From Candidatus Nanosynbacter lyticus (GTDB lineage Bacteria > Patescibacteriota > Saccharimonadia > Saccharimonadales > Saccharimonadaceae): a stretch of DNA of 32,000 nucleotides. A program made the position numbers and the translations under genes. The stretch spans positions 270,001-302,000 of the forward strand of contig NZ_CP007496.1 of NCBI RefSeq assembly GCF_000803625.1. Direction: 5' to 3'. Below, piece by piece: positions 10,649 through 19,406 of this stretch. The notes beneath the pieces are model-generated. The model was not told the DNA's origin. It made no database searches and saw nothing but the letters and a program-made list of their open reading frames with translations. How positions within the stretch are numbered: the stretch's first letter is position 1; each line of letters starts with the position of its first letter.

Positions 10649-10714
10649 CACTAACAAAGCGTTTATTATAATAACACTAACTATAAAAAAATGCAACAAT
10701 ATACTAGAATATTT

Positions 10715-13700
10715 TTATATCTCCCCTGTCAGAAGGTCGTTTTCAAATTGTAGCATCCCCTTATAATCCGCCGAATAGCCAGAAACGTCTGGCAGATCTA
10801 GGGTGGTGATTTTTCGCCAAATAATCTCAATCAGTTGCGTAAATTCAGACAATTCTTCTCTGGAGAATGTGTCTTCCAAGCTAAGAATATCGCCGGTCTT
10901 CATGTCTGGCTCGACAAATTGTAGTCGCCCGCCAGTAAACGTGAAATTGCTATAATCGCGTGAATGCTCGACCAGCAGCTGATAGAACATCAACTGCTGA
11001 CGATATTTATGAAGTTTGATTTTCTCGTAATCAGCCGAGCCTTTCCAAGAATGAGATGGTTTACCAGTTTTATAATCTGTTACAAATATAGTTTTATTCT
11101 GTTTATCAATGTCGACGACATCAAGTTTACCAGTTAATTTGGCTTCCCCTATAATTACGCCTTGATTAGAAAAGTCCAATTCCGCCAAATCCGTGTCATG
11201 AAAATCAGAGGCCTTGGTGTTTAAGAATGTGGTCAAAGCCGACTTCCCTTTATCCAAGTACAATTGAAAATCATCCGCAGGTAAGTGTTGGTCCTCTAGC
11301 GACTTTTGGAAAAACTGGAGGATTTGTTCAGTGCTTGGCAATTGGTGATCTGTGCTTAATAGATAATGTGCTTGTTGAAGACTGTTGTGAATCGCGGTTC
11401 CGTAAGATGCGGCGGAATTTTTGGCGGCTGGGAAATGCAGCAAATTGTTCAATAAGAAATTCTGTGGCCCGCCGCGCGAAACATCGAGGAAATTATTAAG
11501 ATGCGTTACCGAGAGTTTGTAGGTTTCTAGGTTTGGAGCTAGTAAGTCTTTTAGCTCTGGAATAATCGGTGAAGTCAAGCGTTCCGACCAACTGGTCTTG
11601 GCAATTTCAATCTGTTCTGTTGGATTTTCGATGGCGGGAATAATAGTTGGCGTGTGATTAGTGAGGAAGCTGGCAATTATTGTGTCGCTGCCAGAATCGT
11701 TGGTCTGCGAGTAAGTCATCGTCAAGGTGTTTTTGGCGCGGGTCATCGCCACGAAGAACAGACGAAGTCGCTCGTCGTAGGTTGCTCCAGCTGGCTGAAG
11801 TTGGAGATTTGCGGGATAGCGGATTAGTCGACTGCGCGTACGAACCTTCTCTCCCCAAGCGCTGTCAATTGCCCCGACAACAAAGACGTGTGGGAATTCT
11901 AGCCCTTTGGACTTGTGGGCGGTCATTAGGTTAATGGCACCGCGGATTGAACTGGCGTACGGTCGGATTTGTGTTAGGCGGGTTTTGGTTGATATGTGAA
12001 GATCTATAAACTCCAGAAAATCTTCCAAGGTTGGATTTTTATCGGTAATTCGGTCACGGAGTTTTTGGCGTAGAGTGCGCAGACTCTCTAAGGTCGTTAA
12101 ATATGTATCGGGGTTTTTCTCTAGCTTGTCTGGTGAAAAATAAAAGTTGGCGATAGAACTCGTCGAGGTATTGTAATCTTTATTGTCAACGGTTAATCCT
12201 AATAGATTATCCAACTGCTCTTCTAGTGGTAGATTTGGTACGTCCTTGGCACGGTCCAGTAGCCACTCGCCAAATTCCTTAAATGTGCTATTTGCCAGCA
12301 TACTTTCCAGCCACAATTGTCTATTTTTATAAGCGTGAAGGCTTAATTTCCAGATGTCTGACGTTGAAAAACCGAATGCTGGATGAGCGATAATCTCTGG
12401 AAGGAGGCTATTGGCTAGGCTTAAATCATTTTGGTGAATTGCCACGATGACTCGCGCTAGCTTATCTAAAATCTGGATAATGTCTTGTTCTAAAATGTCG
12501 TCGTGTCGCTCGTAATTAACCGCGATATTTTCTCTATAAAGATACGGAAGTATCTCGATTAATTCTTTGTGATGGCGCGCAATGATCGTGATGTTTTCTG
12601 GTTTTTCGCCGCTTTTTATTAGCTCGGCAATTTGCTTAGCCACTCCCGCTCGCTCTTCGCTGGCAGAAGAAAATTCTTGGATTTCAACACGCGATCCTTG
12701 GCTGTCTGCGTGCGCTGTCAACTGCTTAGACAGTCCGTCAATGGTATTTTCTAGTCGATCTGAACCTTGGGTGATTACTTGTCGCGCTGACGTTAAAATA
12801 TTTTCAGCCGAGCGATAGTTATCCGTTAGAACGATGATTTTTGGATTGTGATAATGTTGGCGGAAACGCTGGATATTACCTACGTCCGCACCCTGGAAGC
12901 TGAAAATCGCTTGATCATCATCACCGACGGCCATGATATTTGGATTGTCGTCGTTGTCGCTGGTTAAATTGAATAGCAATCGAAGCTGTGCTAAGTTGGT
13001 GTCCTGGAATTCATCGACCATGATGAATTGGAATTGCTCTTGGAGATTTGCACGCAATTCTGGGTGAGATTCGCAGGCTTGAATAACGGATAAAATCATG
13101 TCGTCGTAGTCAAATAACGAGCGCTCGGATAAAATATTTACGTATTTTTCGTAAACGTCGATTACGGCGGATAATTTTTCTGCGGCTGCCGAGTCTTTCA
13201 GGACAAATTCGCCATTGGCATTTTTTTCGCACCATTTATTTTTCCAAGCAGTCAGCGGCTTGGTGGAGTTGGTGTCAATTGCCTCCTGAGCAGCATGCGC
13301 GACGCTAAGCGCTAAGACGTTGGCGTACGGAGTGACGGAAGATGGTAAATTAGAATTTTCTTTTTCGGGATTTTTATCAATTGACTCGGCGATTCTTTCA
13401 GCCATTGGCGCAAATAATTCTATGGTTTTTTTAGATATTTTGGTGGCAAAAATCTGCTGAATGTCTGGCGCAATTTCATCTATAATGCGCTGATTATCCG
13501 CAATAATTGTCTTTAGTTCTGCTGGAGTTAAGCCGCTTTGCTTGAATTCGGAAATAACTCGAATTAGTTCTTTGATATAAACAAATTCCCCGCTATTTTT
13601 CACAGTTAATGGATTTCGCCAATCAAGATTTTCAAGAATTCCAGAGATAATTTGGTACTGTGTTAACTCGTCAACAGGCTGGGCGTCGGCGCCACGGAAA

Positions 13701-14014
13701 AAATATTCTCGATGTTGATTGATAATTTCTGTGCCAAAGCTATGAAATGTATGGATGGCAATTTTATATGCATCCTCGCCAATAATCTGACGAAGGCGTT
13801 GGCGCATGTTGGTGGCGCCACTTTCAGTAAAGGTCAAACATAAAATACTATTCGGTAAAGTATCGGTCTTCTTAAGTATTTGAGCGGTACGCATGCTTAG
13901 CAGCTCGGTTTTGCCTGTTCCTGGTCCAGCAATCACCAGAAGTGAGCCGTGGATATAATCAACAGCTTGGCGCTGATTATCATTTAACTTTGCGTAGCGA
14001 GTATTGAAATCCAT
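10715..14014 (-). CDS. UvrD/PcrA-like superfamily 1 helicase with C-terminal PD-(D/E)XK-type nuclease domain
   Basis: GPGTGKTELLSMRTAQIL, VDEFQDTNLAQLRLL, GDDDQAIFSFQGAD, LMTAHKSKGLEFPHVFV; C-terminal GKLDVVDIDKQNKTIFVTDYKTGK...YRQQLMFYQLL. Confidence 0.93.
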   Translation of the reverse strand: MDFNTRYAKLNDNQRQAVDYIHGSLLVIAGPGTGKTELLSMRTAQILKKTDTLPNSILCLTFTESGATNMRQRLRQIIGEDAYKIAIHTFHSFGTEIINQHREYFFRGADAQPVDELTQYQIISGILENLDWRNPLTVKNSGEFVYIKELIRVISEFKQSGLTPAELKTIIADNQRIIDEIAPDIQQIFATKISKKTIELFAPMAERIAESIDKNPEKENSNLPSSVTPYANVLALSVAHAAQEAIDTNSTKPLTAWKNKWCEKNANGEFVLKDSAAAEKLSAVIDVYEKYVNILSERSLFDYDDMILSVIQACESHPELRANLQEQFQFIMVDEFQDTNLAQLRLLFNLTSDNDDNPNIMAVGDDDQAIFSFQGADVGNIQRFRQHYHNPKIIVLTDNYRSAENILTSARQVITQGSDRLENTIDGLSKQLTAHADSQGSRVEIQEFSSASEERAGVAKQIAELIKSGEKPENITIIARHHKELIEILPYLYRENIAVNYERHDDILEQDIIQILDKLARVIVAIHQNDLSLANSLLPEIIAHPAFGFSTSDIWKLSLHAYKNRQLWLESMLANSTFKEFGEWLLDRAKDVPNLPLEEQLDNLLGLTVDNKDYNTSTSSIANFYFSPDKLEKNPDTYLTTLESLRTLRQKLRDRITDKNPTLEDFLEFIDLHISTKTRLTQIRPYASSIRGAINLMTAHKSKGLEFPHVFVVGAIDSAWGEKVRTRSRLIRYPANLQLQPAGATYDERLRLFFVAMTRAKNTLTMTYSQTNDSGSDTIIASFLTNHTPTIIPAIENPTEQIEIAKTSWSERLTSPIIPELKDLLAPNLETYKLSVTHLNNFLDVSRGGPQNFLLNNLLHFPAAKNSAASYGTAIHNSLQQAHYLLSTDHQLPSTEQILQFFQKSLEDQHLPADDFQLYLDKGKSALTTFLNTKASDFHDTDLAELDFSNQGVIIGEAKLTGKLDVVDIDKQNKTIFVTDYKTGKPSHSWKGSADYEKIKLHKYRQQLMFYQLLVEHSRDYSNFTFTGGRLQFVEPDMKTGDILSLEDTFSREELSEFTQLIEIIWRKITTLDLPDVSGYSADYKGMLQFENDLLTGEI

Positions 14015-14031
14015 AGTTTTATTTTACCATG

Positions 14032-14060
14032 TTGACTAGTTTTAATAGGGTGTGTAATAT
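14032..14060 (+). promoter_or_regulatory. Promoter TTGACT-N17-TAATAT for the small secreted protein
   Basis: -35 14032-14037, -10 14055-14060. Confidence 0.65.
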
Positions 14061-14145
14061 TAGGGTATCGTGCTAGTTCCTTGCGCGTTTCAGTTAGCTA
14101 AGGGACGCACAGTACCTTAGCGATTTCTATCCTGGAAGGAGAATC

Positions 14146-14490
14146 ATGAGCAAGAGGATTATTTCCGTACTTGCCATCGTCATGCTCACCGCTGGGTCGC
14201 TATTCGTGACTCAGAGTAGCGCCAAGGCATATCCTGGCAACTGCTATTCGGAAGTGACGCCTGATCTCAGAGGGCACGCTAGCTGTCATTCCGGCACGGG
14301 GTATTACCGTGTTAGTGTCAGTTGCGCAGCAGTCTGGACGTTTGGATATGCCTTTGGGGTGTATAGCCCCTGGGTTGCCGTAGGGTCCAGGAATGACGAA
14401 GCCTGGGTATCGTGTCCTCCTGGAGCGTGGCTATGGAAGCCTGCTGGACAGGCTCACTATTACGCGTTCCTCGAGAGGAGAAATCCCTGA
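14146..14490 (+). CDS. Small secreted protein (signal peptide, Cys- and Trp/Tyr-rich mature domain)
   Basis: MSKRIISVLAIVMLTAGSLFVTQSSAKA signal peptide; SD GGAAGGAG; own promoter and terminator. Confidence 0.85.
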   Translation: MSKRIISVLAIVMLTAGSLFVTQSSAKAYPGNCYSEVTPDLRGHASCHSGTGYYRVSVSCAAVWTFGYAFGVYSPWVAVGSRNDEAWVSCPPGAWLWKPAGQAHYYAFLERRNP

Positions 14491-14494
14491 GATG

Positions 14495-14544
14495 AGCCTC
14501 AGAGTCGCTCTTTGGAGCGACTCTGAGGCTAAGATTTATAATAT
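14495..14544 (+). terminator. Strong terminator hairpin
   Basis: AGCCTCAGAGTCGCTC-TTTG-GAGCGACTCTGAGGCT, 16-bp perfect stem (14495-14530), followed by an A/T-rich tract. Confidence 0.75.
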
Positions 14545-14562
14545 TTTTTAAGGAGGGCGTAA

Positions 14563-14880
14563 ATGAAAAACTTAAAAAAGATAAGATTTAGTCATATATA
14601 TATGTTTGTGCTGACGATTGCGTTGATTTTTCTGAGTTATCAAGTCTACTGGCTGAACGAAAAAGGATATCGAAGATCAGTCCAGTCTTCCATCGATTAT
14701 CTTGAAAACGCCCAAAGCATTAAGCGACTTGAGTTTTGTGTTAATCATGCCATTAAAGATTGTACTGAAGAAAATGTCGCTGCCTGGAATGAAAAACATC
14801 CAGAAGACGCGTTTAAGGGTAAAAGCCACTTGGATATTTCCCGTCAAGCAGTTGAATCGGTCAGACAAGTTGGTTATTAG
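14563..14880 (+). CDS. Hypothetical protein with single N-terminal TM helix
   Basis: SD aaggagggc; FSHIYMFVLTIALIFLSYQVYWL then a soluble segment with two Cys. Confidence 0.75.
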   Translation: MKNLKKIRFSHIYMFVLTIALIFLSYQVYWLNEKGYRRSVQSSIDYLENAQSIKRLEFCVNHAIKDCTEENVAAWNEKHPEDAFKGKSHLDISRQAVESVRQVGY

Positions 14881-14935
14881 ATTTCACATCTTTGCCATCT
14901 CGCGCACCTCATAAAAAAATGGTAAAATATTATCT

Positions 14936-15424
14936 ATGAATAAGGCGACGTACGACGAGCTGGCGCTGGAGCGAATTGCTAAGGAAAAATTTGGTTTTCC
15001 AATTGATGTTCAATCGATAATTTTGTGGCACGCTGATGTTAGTCGCACTGCTAAGGCGTCGGTTTTTTTGACGAATAAAAAGCAGCTGATGATGTACCTG
15101 GAAGCGACCTCGCCGTTAATCTTATCTGATGTTAAAAAGATAATTTCACGAATGGGTATGCGAGCGGAGCTATTTTTACCGCCGAAGGGGCAGCCGCGAT
15201 ATTTTACGGATATTGGTAAGCAAAAATTTCGTGAGGTTTTTCCTGGGCGCAAGCATGTAACTGATGAAGATTTGCACTTTTATAAAACTTTGGCGCCATA
15301 TAATCCTGCTCTGGTGCTTATTTCTGAAGTAAAAAATGGTGAAATATATCAATTTGATTCTGATGCATATGGCAATTGGAGGGTGGGTGCACGCTTCCGC
15401 TACAGAAGGATACAGACAAGCTAA
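14936..15424 (+). CDS. Conserved-looking hypothetical protein, 162 aa
   Basis: Full ORF; extended -10 TGG-TAAAAT at 14923-14928 seven nt upstream of ATG. Confidence 0.75.
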   Translation: MNKATYDELALERIAKEKFGFPIDVQSIILWHADVSRTAKASVFLTNKKQLMMYLEATSPLILSDVKKIISRMGMRAELFLPPKGQPRYFTDIGKQKFREVFPGRKHVTDEDLHFYKTLAPYNPALVLISEVKNGEIYQFDSDAYGNWRVGARFRYRRIQTS

Positions 15425-17739
15425 TGCGTGACTATCTGGATATTATTAAACGAAATTTGCTTTCTCCTATTGTCGTGGTTGTTTTTTTGCTTGCTGGTGC
15501 GCTGGTGTATGTGCGTGAGTATCGCGATGCTTGGTTTATTTCTGTGGTGATTGTCGTAAACTCGACAATTGGTATTGTCCAAGAACTTAGAGCTAAGCGA
15601 GTTTTGCGTCAATTAGAGCTGATGAGCGCACCGAAGGCTCGATTGTTGAGAGATGGAAACGTAGTTGAAGTGGACTATGATGATCTGAAGATTGACGATG
15701 AAATTCTTATTCAGGCCGGTGATGAGCTGCCGGCTGATGCGAAAGTTATTGAGTCAAAAGGCCTGGAATTGAATGAGAGTATGTTGACCGGAGAGTCGGC
15801 TTCGATTGAAAAGAAGAATGGCGATGTTGTATTGGCGGCGACAACTGTTTTGGCTGGTGAAGGTATGGCGCGAGTAATTGCTGTTGGCGACGACACGAAG
15901 GCTGGCGCTATTAGCCAAGTTCTGAAGCACTATAAGCCAGAATTAACACCTCTACAGCTAGCGATTTGGCGAGCAATATATTTCTTGACATATGGCGCAA
16001 TTATCTTATCTCTGTTAATTGCTATAGTCTATTATTTCTCCGGTGATAATGTAGTTATTATTTTAAAGACAATTACTTCAGCGGCGGTTACGGTTGTGCC
16101 AGAGGGTTTGTTATTGGCAAGCTCATTACTGCTGGCGTTTGGCTCATTACGGCTAGCTCAAGCAAAAGTCTTGCCACAGAAGTTGTCGGCAATTGAAGCG
16201 ATGGCGCTGCTGAATTTGCTGGCGGTGGATAAGACTGGCACTCTGACCAGCGATGAAGTGTCGCTGGAAAAGGTAGCGTCGTTTGGAGATGATTTTTCGA
16301 GCTCGGATGTGGCTAGCTTTGCGGCTTTGATTGCCCATGAAACTAGTGGCGGGAATATTACTGGCCGTGCTATTCTAGCAGAAGCTACCCCGCCAAAGGA
16401 TACGGAAATAGTTGATGTTATGGCGTTTTCGTCTGCGCGTAAAATGGCGGGCGTGAGAGCTAGGGTCAACGGTACGGTGCGAACCTTAATAATGGGTGCG
16501 CCGGAGTTTGTGTCGAAGTTGGCGCCTATTGATAAGGAGACTCGAAAGAAATTGAATGATTGGGCGGATAAAGGTCTGCGCGTATTGATGATGGCGGAAT
16601 TTGCGGACGAAAAAACCAAAATAAAAGATTTAAAAGAGGGCTCTGGTATGGCTATTGGCGCGGTTATTTTACGTAATTCCCTGCGTCATGGTGTAGTTGA
16701 GACGGTAGATTTTTTGCAGCGCCAAGGTGTAACTATCCGAGTAATTTCTGGTGACAATCCGCGCACGGTTCAATATATCGCACGTGAAGCTGGCATTAAG
16801 CATCCAGAAAAAGTGATTTTAGGGGCTGATTTGGCGAAGCTAAGTGATAACGAATTTAATGAAGCCGCTGACACTTATACAATTTTTGCCCGTGTTCTAC
16901 CCGATCAGAAAGAGCGTTTGATTGCCAGGTTTCAACAATCAGGCAAATTTACTGGCATGGTCGGCGATGGTGTTAATGACGCGCTGGCTCTGAAAAAGGC
17001 AGACCTCGGCGTGGCTATGTACGCTGGCGCCCCAGCCTCACGGCGGGTTTCTGATATTATTTTGCTTAACAATTCCTTCACTTCTCTACCTATGGGAATG
17101 AAGCTGGGCAATCAAATTATGCAGGCGATTGAAGTAATTGCTATCCTCTTTTTCCATAAAATTATTTACGGCGTGACACTTCTTCTTACGACAATTCTGA
17201 TCAATATGAACTATCCGTATTCACCGCGACATATTACGTTTATGAATATTTTTCTGGTGACTATGCCGACGCTTATGTGGACGCTTTTTCCTCCCATGCC
17301 GAAACATCGCATAAATCCTAAGCGTTTTTGGCGTGATACATTGCTGGCGGTATTGCCGATTGCACTACTAACTGGCTTAACGGTAGCCTTTACCTATTGG
17401 ATTATGTCCGTAGTCTTCCCTGGTCACGCCGCTGAAGTTGCAACTATGACGGTGTTGACGGCAACGTTCTTTGGTGTATATTTGGTATTTTTGGTTGGAA
17501 TTATGCTGGATGTCACTATCGATAAAGCCGCCAAGCGCGCCCGACTATTATACTTATTGTCGGTGGTTGTTGTGGCGGCAGGTAGCTTCGGCTTTGGTTT
17601 CTTGAGAGATTTCTTCGACTTTACGGTGCCTAATTTATTTATCATGTGGCCAGCGATTGGCGTGATTATTCTCGCGACGCTGACTCAACTATTTATCGCT
17701 CGACGTGTCGGACGAAGAATTTCCACTTCTGTCGGGTAA
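15376..17739 (+). CDS. Cation-transporting P-type ATPase (start codon uncertain: TTG 15376 or ATG 15424)
   Basis: NESMLTGES, AVDKTGTLTSDEV, MVGDGVNDALALKKADLG; TM helices. Overlaps the preceding ORF. Confidence 0.92.
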   Translation: MEGGCTLPLQKDTDKLMRDYLDIIKRNLLSPIVVVVFLLAGALVYVREYRDAWFISVVIVVNSTIGIVQELRAKRVLRQLELMSAPKARLLRDGNVVEVDYDDLKIDDEILIQAGDELPADAKVIESKGLELNESMLTGESASIEKKNGDVVLAATTVLAGEGMARVIAVGDDTKAGAISQVLKHYKPELTPLQLAIWRAIYFLTYGAIILSLLIAIVYYFSGDNVVIILKTITSAAVTVVPEGLLLASSLLLAFGSLRLAQAKVLPQKLSAIEAMALLNLLAVDKTGTLTSDEVSLEKVASFGDDFSSSDVASFAALIAHETSGGNITGRAILAEATPPKDTEIVDVMAFSSARKMAGVRARVNGTVRTLIMGAPEFVSKLAPIDKETRKKLNDWADKGLRVLMMAEFADEKTKIKDLKEGSGMAIGAVILRNSLRHGVVETVDFLQRQGVTIRVISGDNPRTVQYIAREAGIKHPEKVILGADLAKLSDNEFNEAADTYTIFARVLPDQKERLIARFQQSGKFTGMVGDGVNDALALKKADLGVAMYAGAPASRRVSDIILLNNSFTSLPMGMKLGNQIMQAIEVIAILFFHKIIYGVTLLLTTILINMNYPYSPRHITFMNIFLVTMPTLMWTLFPPMPKHRINPKRFWRDTLLAVLPIALLTGLTVAFTYWIMSVVFPGHAAEVATMTVLTATFFGVYLVFLVGIMLDVTIDKAAKRARLLYLLSVVVVAAGSFGFGFLRDFFDFTVPNLFIMWPAIGVIILATLTQLFIARRVGRRISTSVG

Positions 17740-17862
17740 ACTATTTAATATAGCTTCTAGAGCCAAGTCTCTGACTGTCACTTCTCCTGGTACCTCTGGA
17801 TTTTCAATTTCTGGATTTATACATCCCGAACGTTCTCTTGTGGTTGGATTATCATAAAGCAT
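17689..17862 (-). CDS. Small ORF (57 aa) MLYDNPTTRERSGCINPEIENPEVPGEVTVRDLALEAILNSLPDRSGNSSSDTSSDK
   Basis: Absent from the ORF track. Consensus promoter immediately upstream; C-terminal part overlaps the 3' end of the ATPase gene antisense. Confidence 0.45.
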   Translation of the reverse strand: MLYDNPTTRERSGCINPEIENPEVPGEVTVRDLALEAILNSLPDRSGNSSSDTSSDK

Positions 17863-17868
17863 GTTATT

Positions 17869-17897
17869 AATATACCAAATATTTTACATTTTGTCAA
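17869..17897 (-). promoter_or_regulatory. Consensus promoter TTGACA-N17-TATATT with TGG extended -10
   Basis: -35 at 17892-17897, -10 at 17869-17874 (minus strand). Confidence 0.75.
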
Positions 17898-17913
17898 TGC
17901 TATGTATTCTTAT

Positions 17914-19224
17914 TTACTTTTTATCAAGTACCACCAAATGCTCAATATGCGGCGTCCTCGGGAAGAAATTGTAGCCTTGATGATGTGTGATTTCGTATTT
18001 TTCCTGAAGTAGACTGACGTCTCGGGCTTGGGTGACGGGGTTGCAGCTGAGGTAAATAATTCGTGGTGGCGTAGTTTCCAGTAGTCTCCGAACGACATCT
18101 GCGTGCAGCCCGGCGCGTGGTGGATCGACGATGACGATTTGTTCGCCCGTTATATATTCCAGAGATTTTTCACTTGGCGCTAAAATCGCCTTGGCGTTTG
18201 CTCGGTTTAATTTGGTGATGTTTCTTTGCATTTCCGCGACGGCGTGTTCGTTAATTTCGACTAGTGTAATATCATCGCCGCCAATTGTCAGCCCGATTGT
18301 GCCAACTCCAGAGTAAAGGTCGAGGGTTGGTAAATTATTCTCATGGTCTATCCAGTCGCGCATGTCGCTTAGGGCTTTCTCGTAAACTGGAATATTAACT
18401 TGGAAAAATCCTTCACAGGCATAATTAAATGTGACGCCCAAAATTGTGTCGGTTAGTGTTGTGCCACCAAATTTATTCAGACGCTCAGTGACTCGGCTGG
18501 CTGGGCTTTTCGGGTCGGAATAGATTATCTCGCTGCCTTTGGCTGACAGTTGGGTTGCCTCTTCTTTGGAAATGAGGTCTGCGAGTCGGTCTTTTATGTA
18601 TAATTGCCAGACGGCGTTTCCTTGTTGGTCTGTGCGGATCAAGAGGGTTTTTAATTGTCGGGCGGTAACAGGTTTGGTTCGCAGGAGGTTGCGAATTTCA
18701 ATTGCCAATTTGTTGATATTTGGATGAGCCAGACTAGTCCCTTCGACAACGACTTTACCCTTGCTACCTCGCTTGAAAAATGCCAAATCTAAAGTTTCTC
18801 TCGTGCCGTTATCTGTCTTATCGCCAAACCAGCTAAACTCGACCTTATTGCGATAGTTAAATTCTACGCCGTCAGTAAATACGTCAATTTTCTCTGGTAA
18901 CATAACGCCATGAAGTCGGAAAGCTTCTTCGATTAAATTCGCTTTATATGTCTGTTCGCTGGAGAGCGGCATGATTTGCCAAGGGCTAGTACTGAGATAG
19001 CTATTCTCATCTCGCGGCATAATTCGCTCTGGACTTTTTTCAAGAACTTCTGTCACCACGCCTTCGACGAAGTGCGATTTTTTCTTAGTTATACGAATTT
19101 TCACCAATTCGCCTGGTAGCCCGCCCCAAACGAACGCCTTGCGCCCATCATTCATAGCACCAAGCGCCTGGCCGCCACCAACGATTTTCTCTAGTCTTAA
19201 AGTCTCAAAAATTTGTTTTCCCAT
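17914..19224 (-). CDS. TrmA/RumA-family class I SAM RNA (uracil-5-)-methyltransferase
   Basis: N-terminal TRAM-like region, LDLYSGVGTIGL, VIVDPPRAGLH, IIYLSCNP catalytic Cys. Confidence 0.92.
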   Translation of the reverse strand: MGKQIFETLRLEKIVGGGQALGAMNDGRKAFVWGGLPGELVKIRITKKKSHFVEGVVTEVLEKSPERIMPRDENSYLSTSPWQIMPLSSEQTYKANLIEEAFRLHGVMLPEKIDVFTDGVEFNYRNKVEFSWFGDKTDNGTRETLDLAFFKRGSKGKVVVEGTSLAHPNINKLAIEIRNLLRTKPVTARQLKTLLIRTDQQGNAVWQLYIKDRLADLISKEEATQLSAKGSEIIYSDPKSPASRVTERLNKFGGTTLTDTILGVTFNYACEGFFQVNIPVYEKALSDMRDWIDHENNLPTLDLYSGVGTIGLTIGGDDITLVEINEHAVAEMQRNITKLNRANAKAILAPSEKSLEYITGEQIVIVDPPRAGLHADVVRRLLETTPPRIIYLSCNPVTQARDVSLLQEKYEITHHQGYNFFPRTPHIEHLVVLDKK

Positions 19225-19297
19225 TAGAGTGTATTATACCAGGACTTGTGGATTTTTTCTGGCCAGCGTGTTATAATCATCATGGTCCTGGCTATAT

Positions 19298-19372
19298 TGG
19301 GACGTCGCCAAGTGGTAAGGCACTGGGTTTTGGTCCCAGCATTCGCAGGTTCGAATCCTGCCGTCCCAGCCA
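19298..19372 (+). tRNA. tRNA-Gln(UUG), CCA encoded
   Basis: TGGGACG...CGTCCCA-G-CCA acceptor; CTGGG-TTTTGGT-CCCAG anticodon arm (TTG); GCAGG-TTCGAAT-CCTGC T arm. Confidence 0.96.
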
Positions 19373-19381
19373 AGAATTTTT

Positions 19382-19402
19382 GCACCTAAGGGGTGTTTTT
19401 TA
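19382..19402 (+). terminator. Terminator after tRNA-Gln
   Basis: GCACCTAAGGGGTGTTTTTT, short G/C hairpin plus T tract. Confidence 0.6.
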
Positions 19403-19406
19403 TTTG

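Noticed and set aside
10298-10650. tmRNA (ssrA) gene
   Set aside because: The acceptor 5' strand is only ~40 nt from the T arm, so the acceptor closes within 75 nt. No GCNxxx...ALAA-type tag, pseudoknot string or permuted order was seen. Only the tRNA-like domain resemblance is retained.
19298-19372. Integrated element at tRNA-Gln
   Set aside because: No integrase and no duplicated tRNA 3' end in the neighbouring sequence; flanks are ordinary genes.
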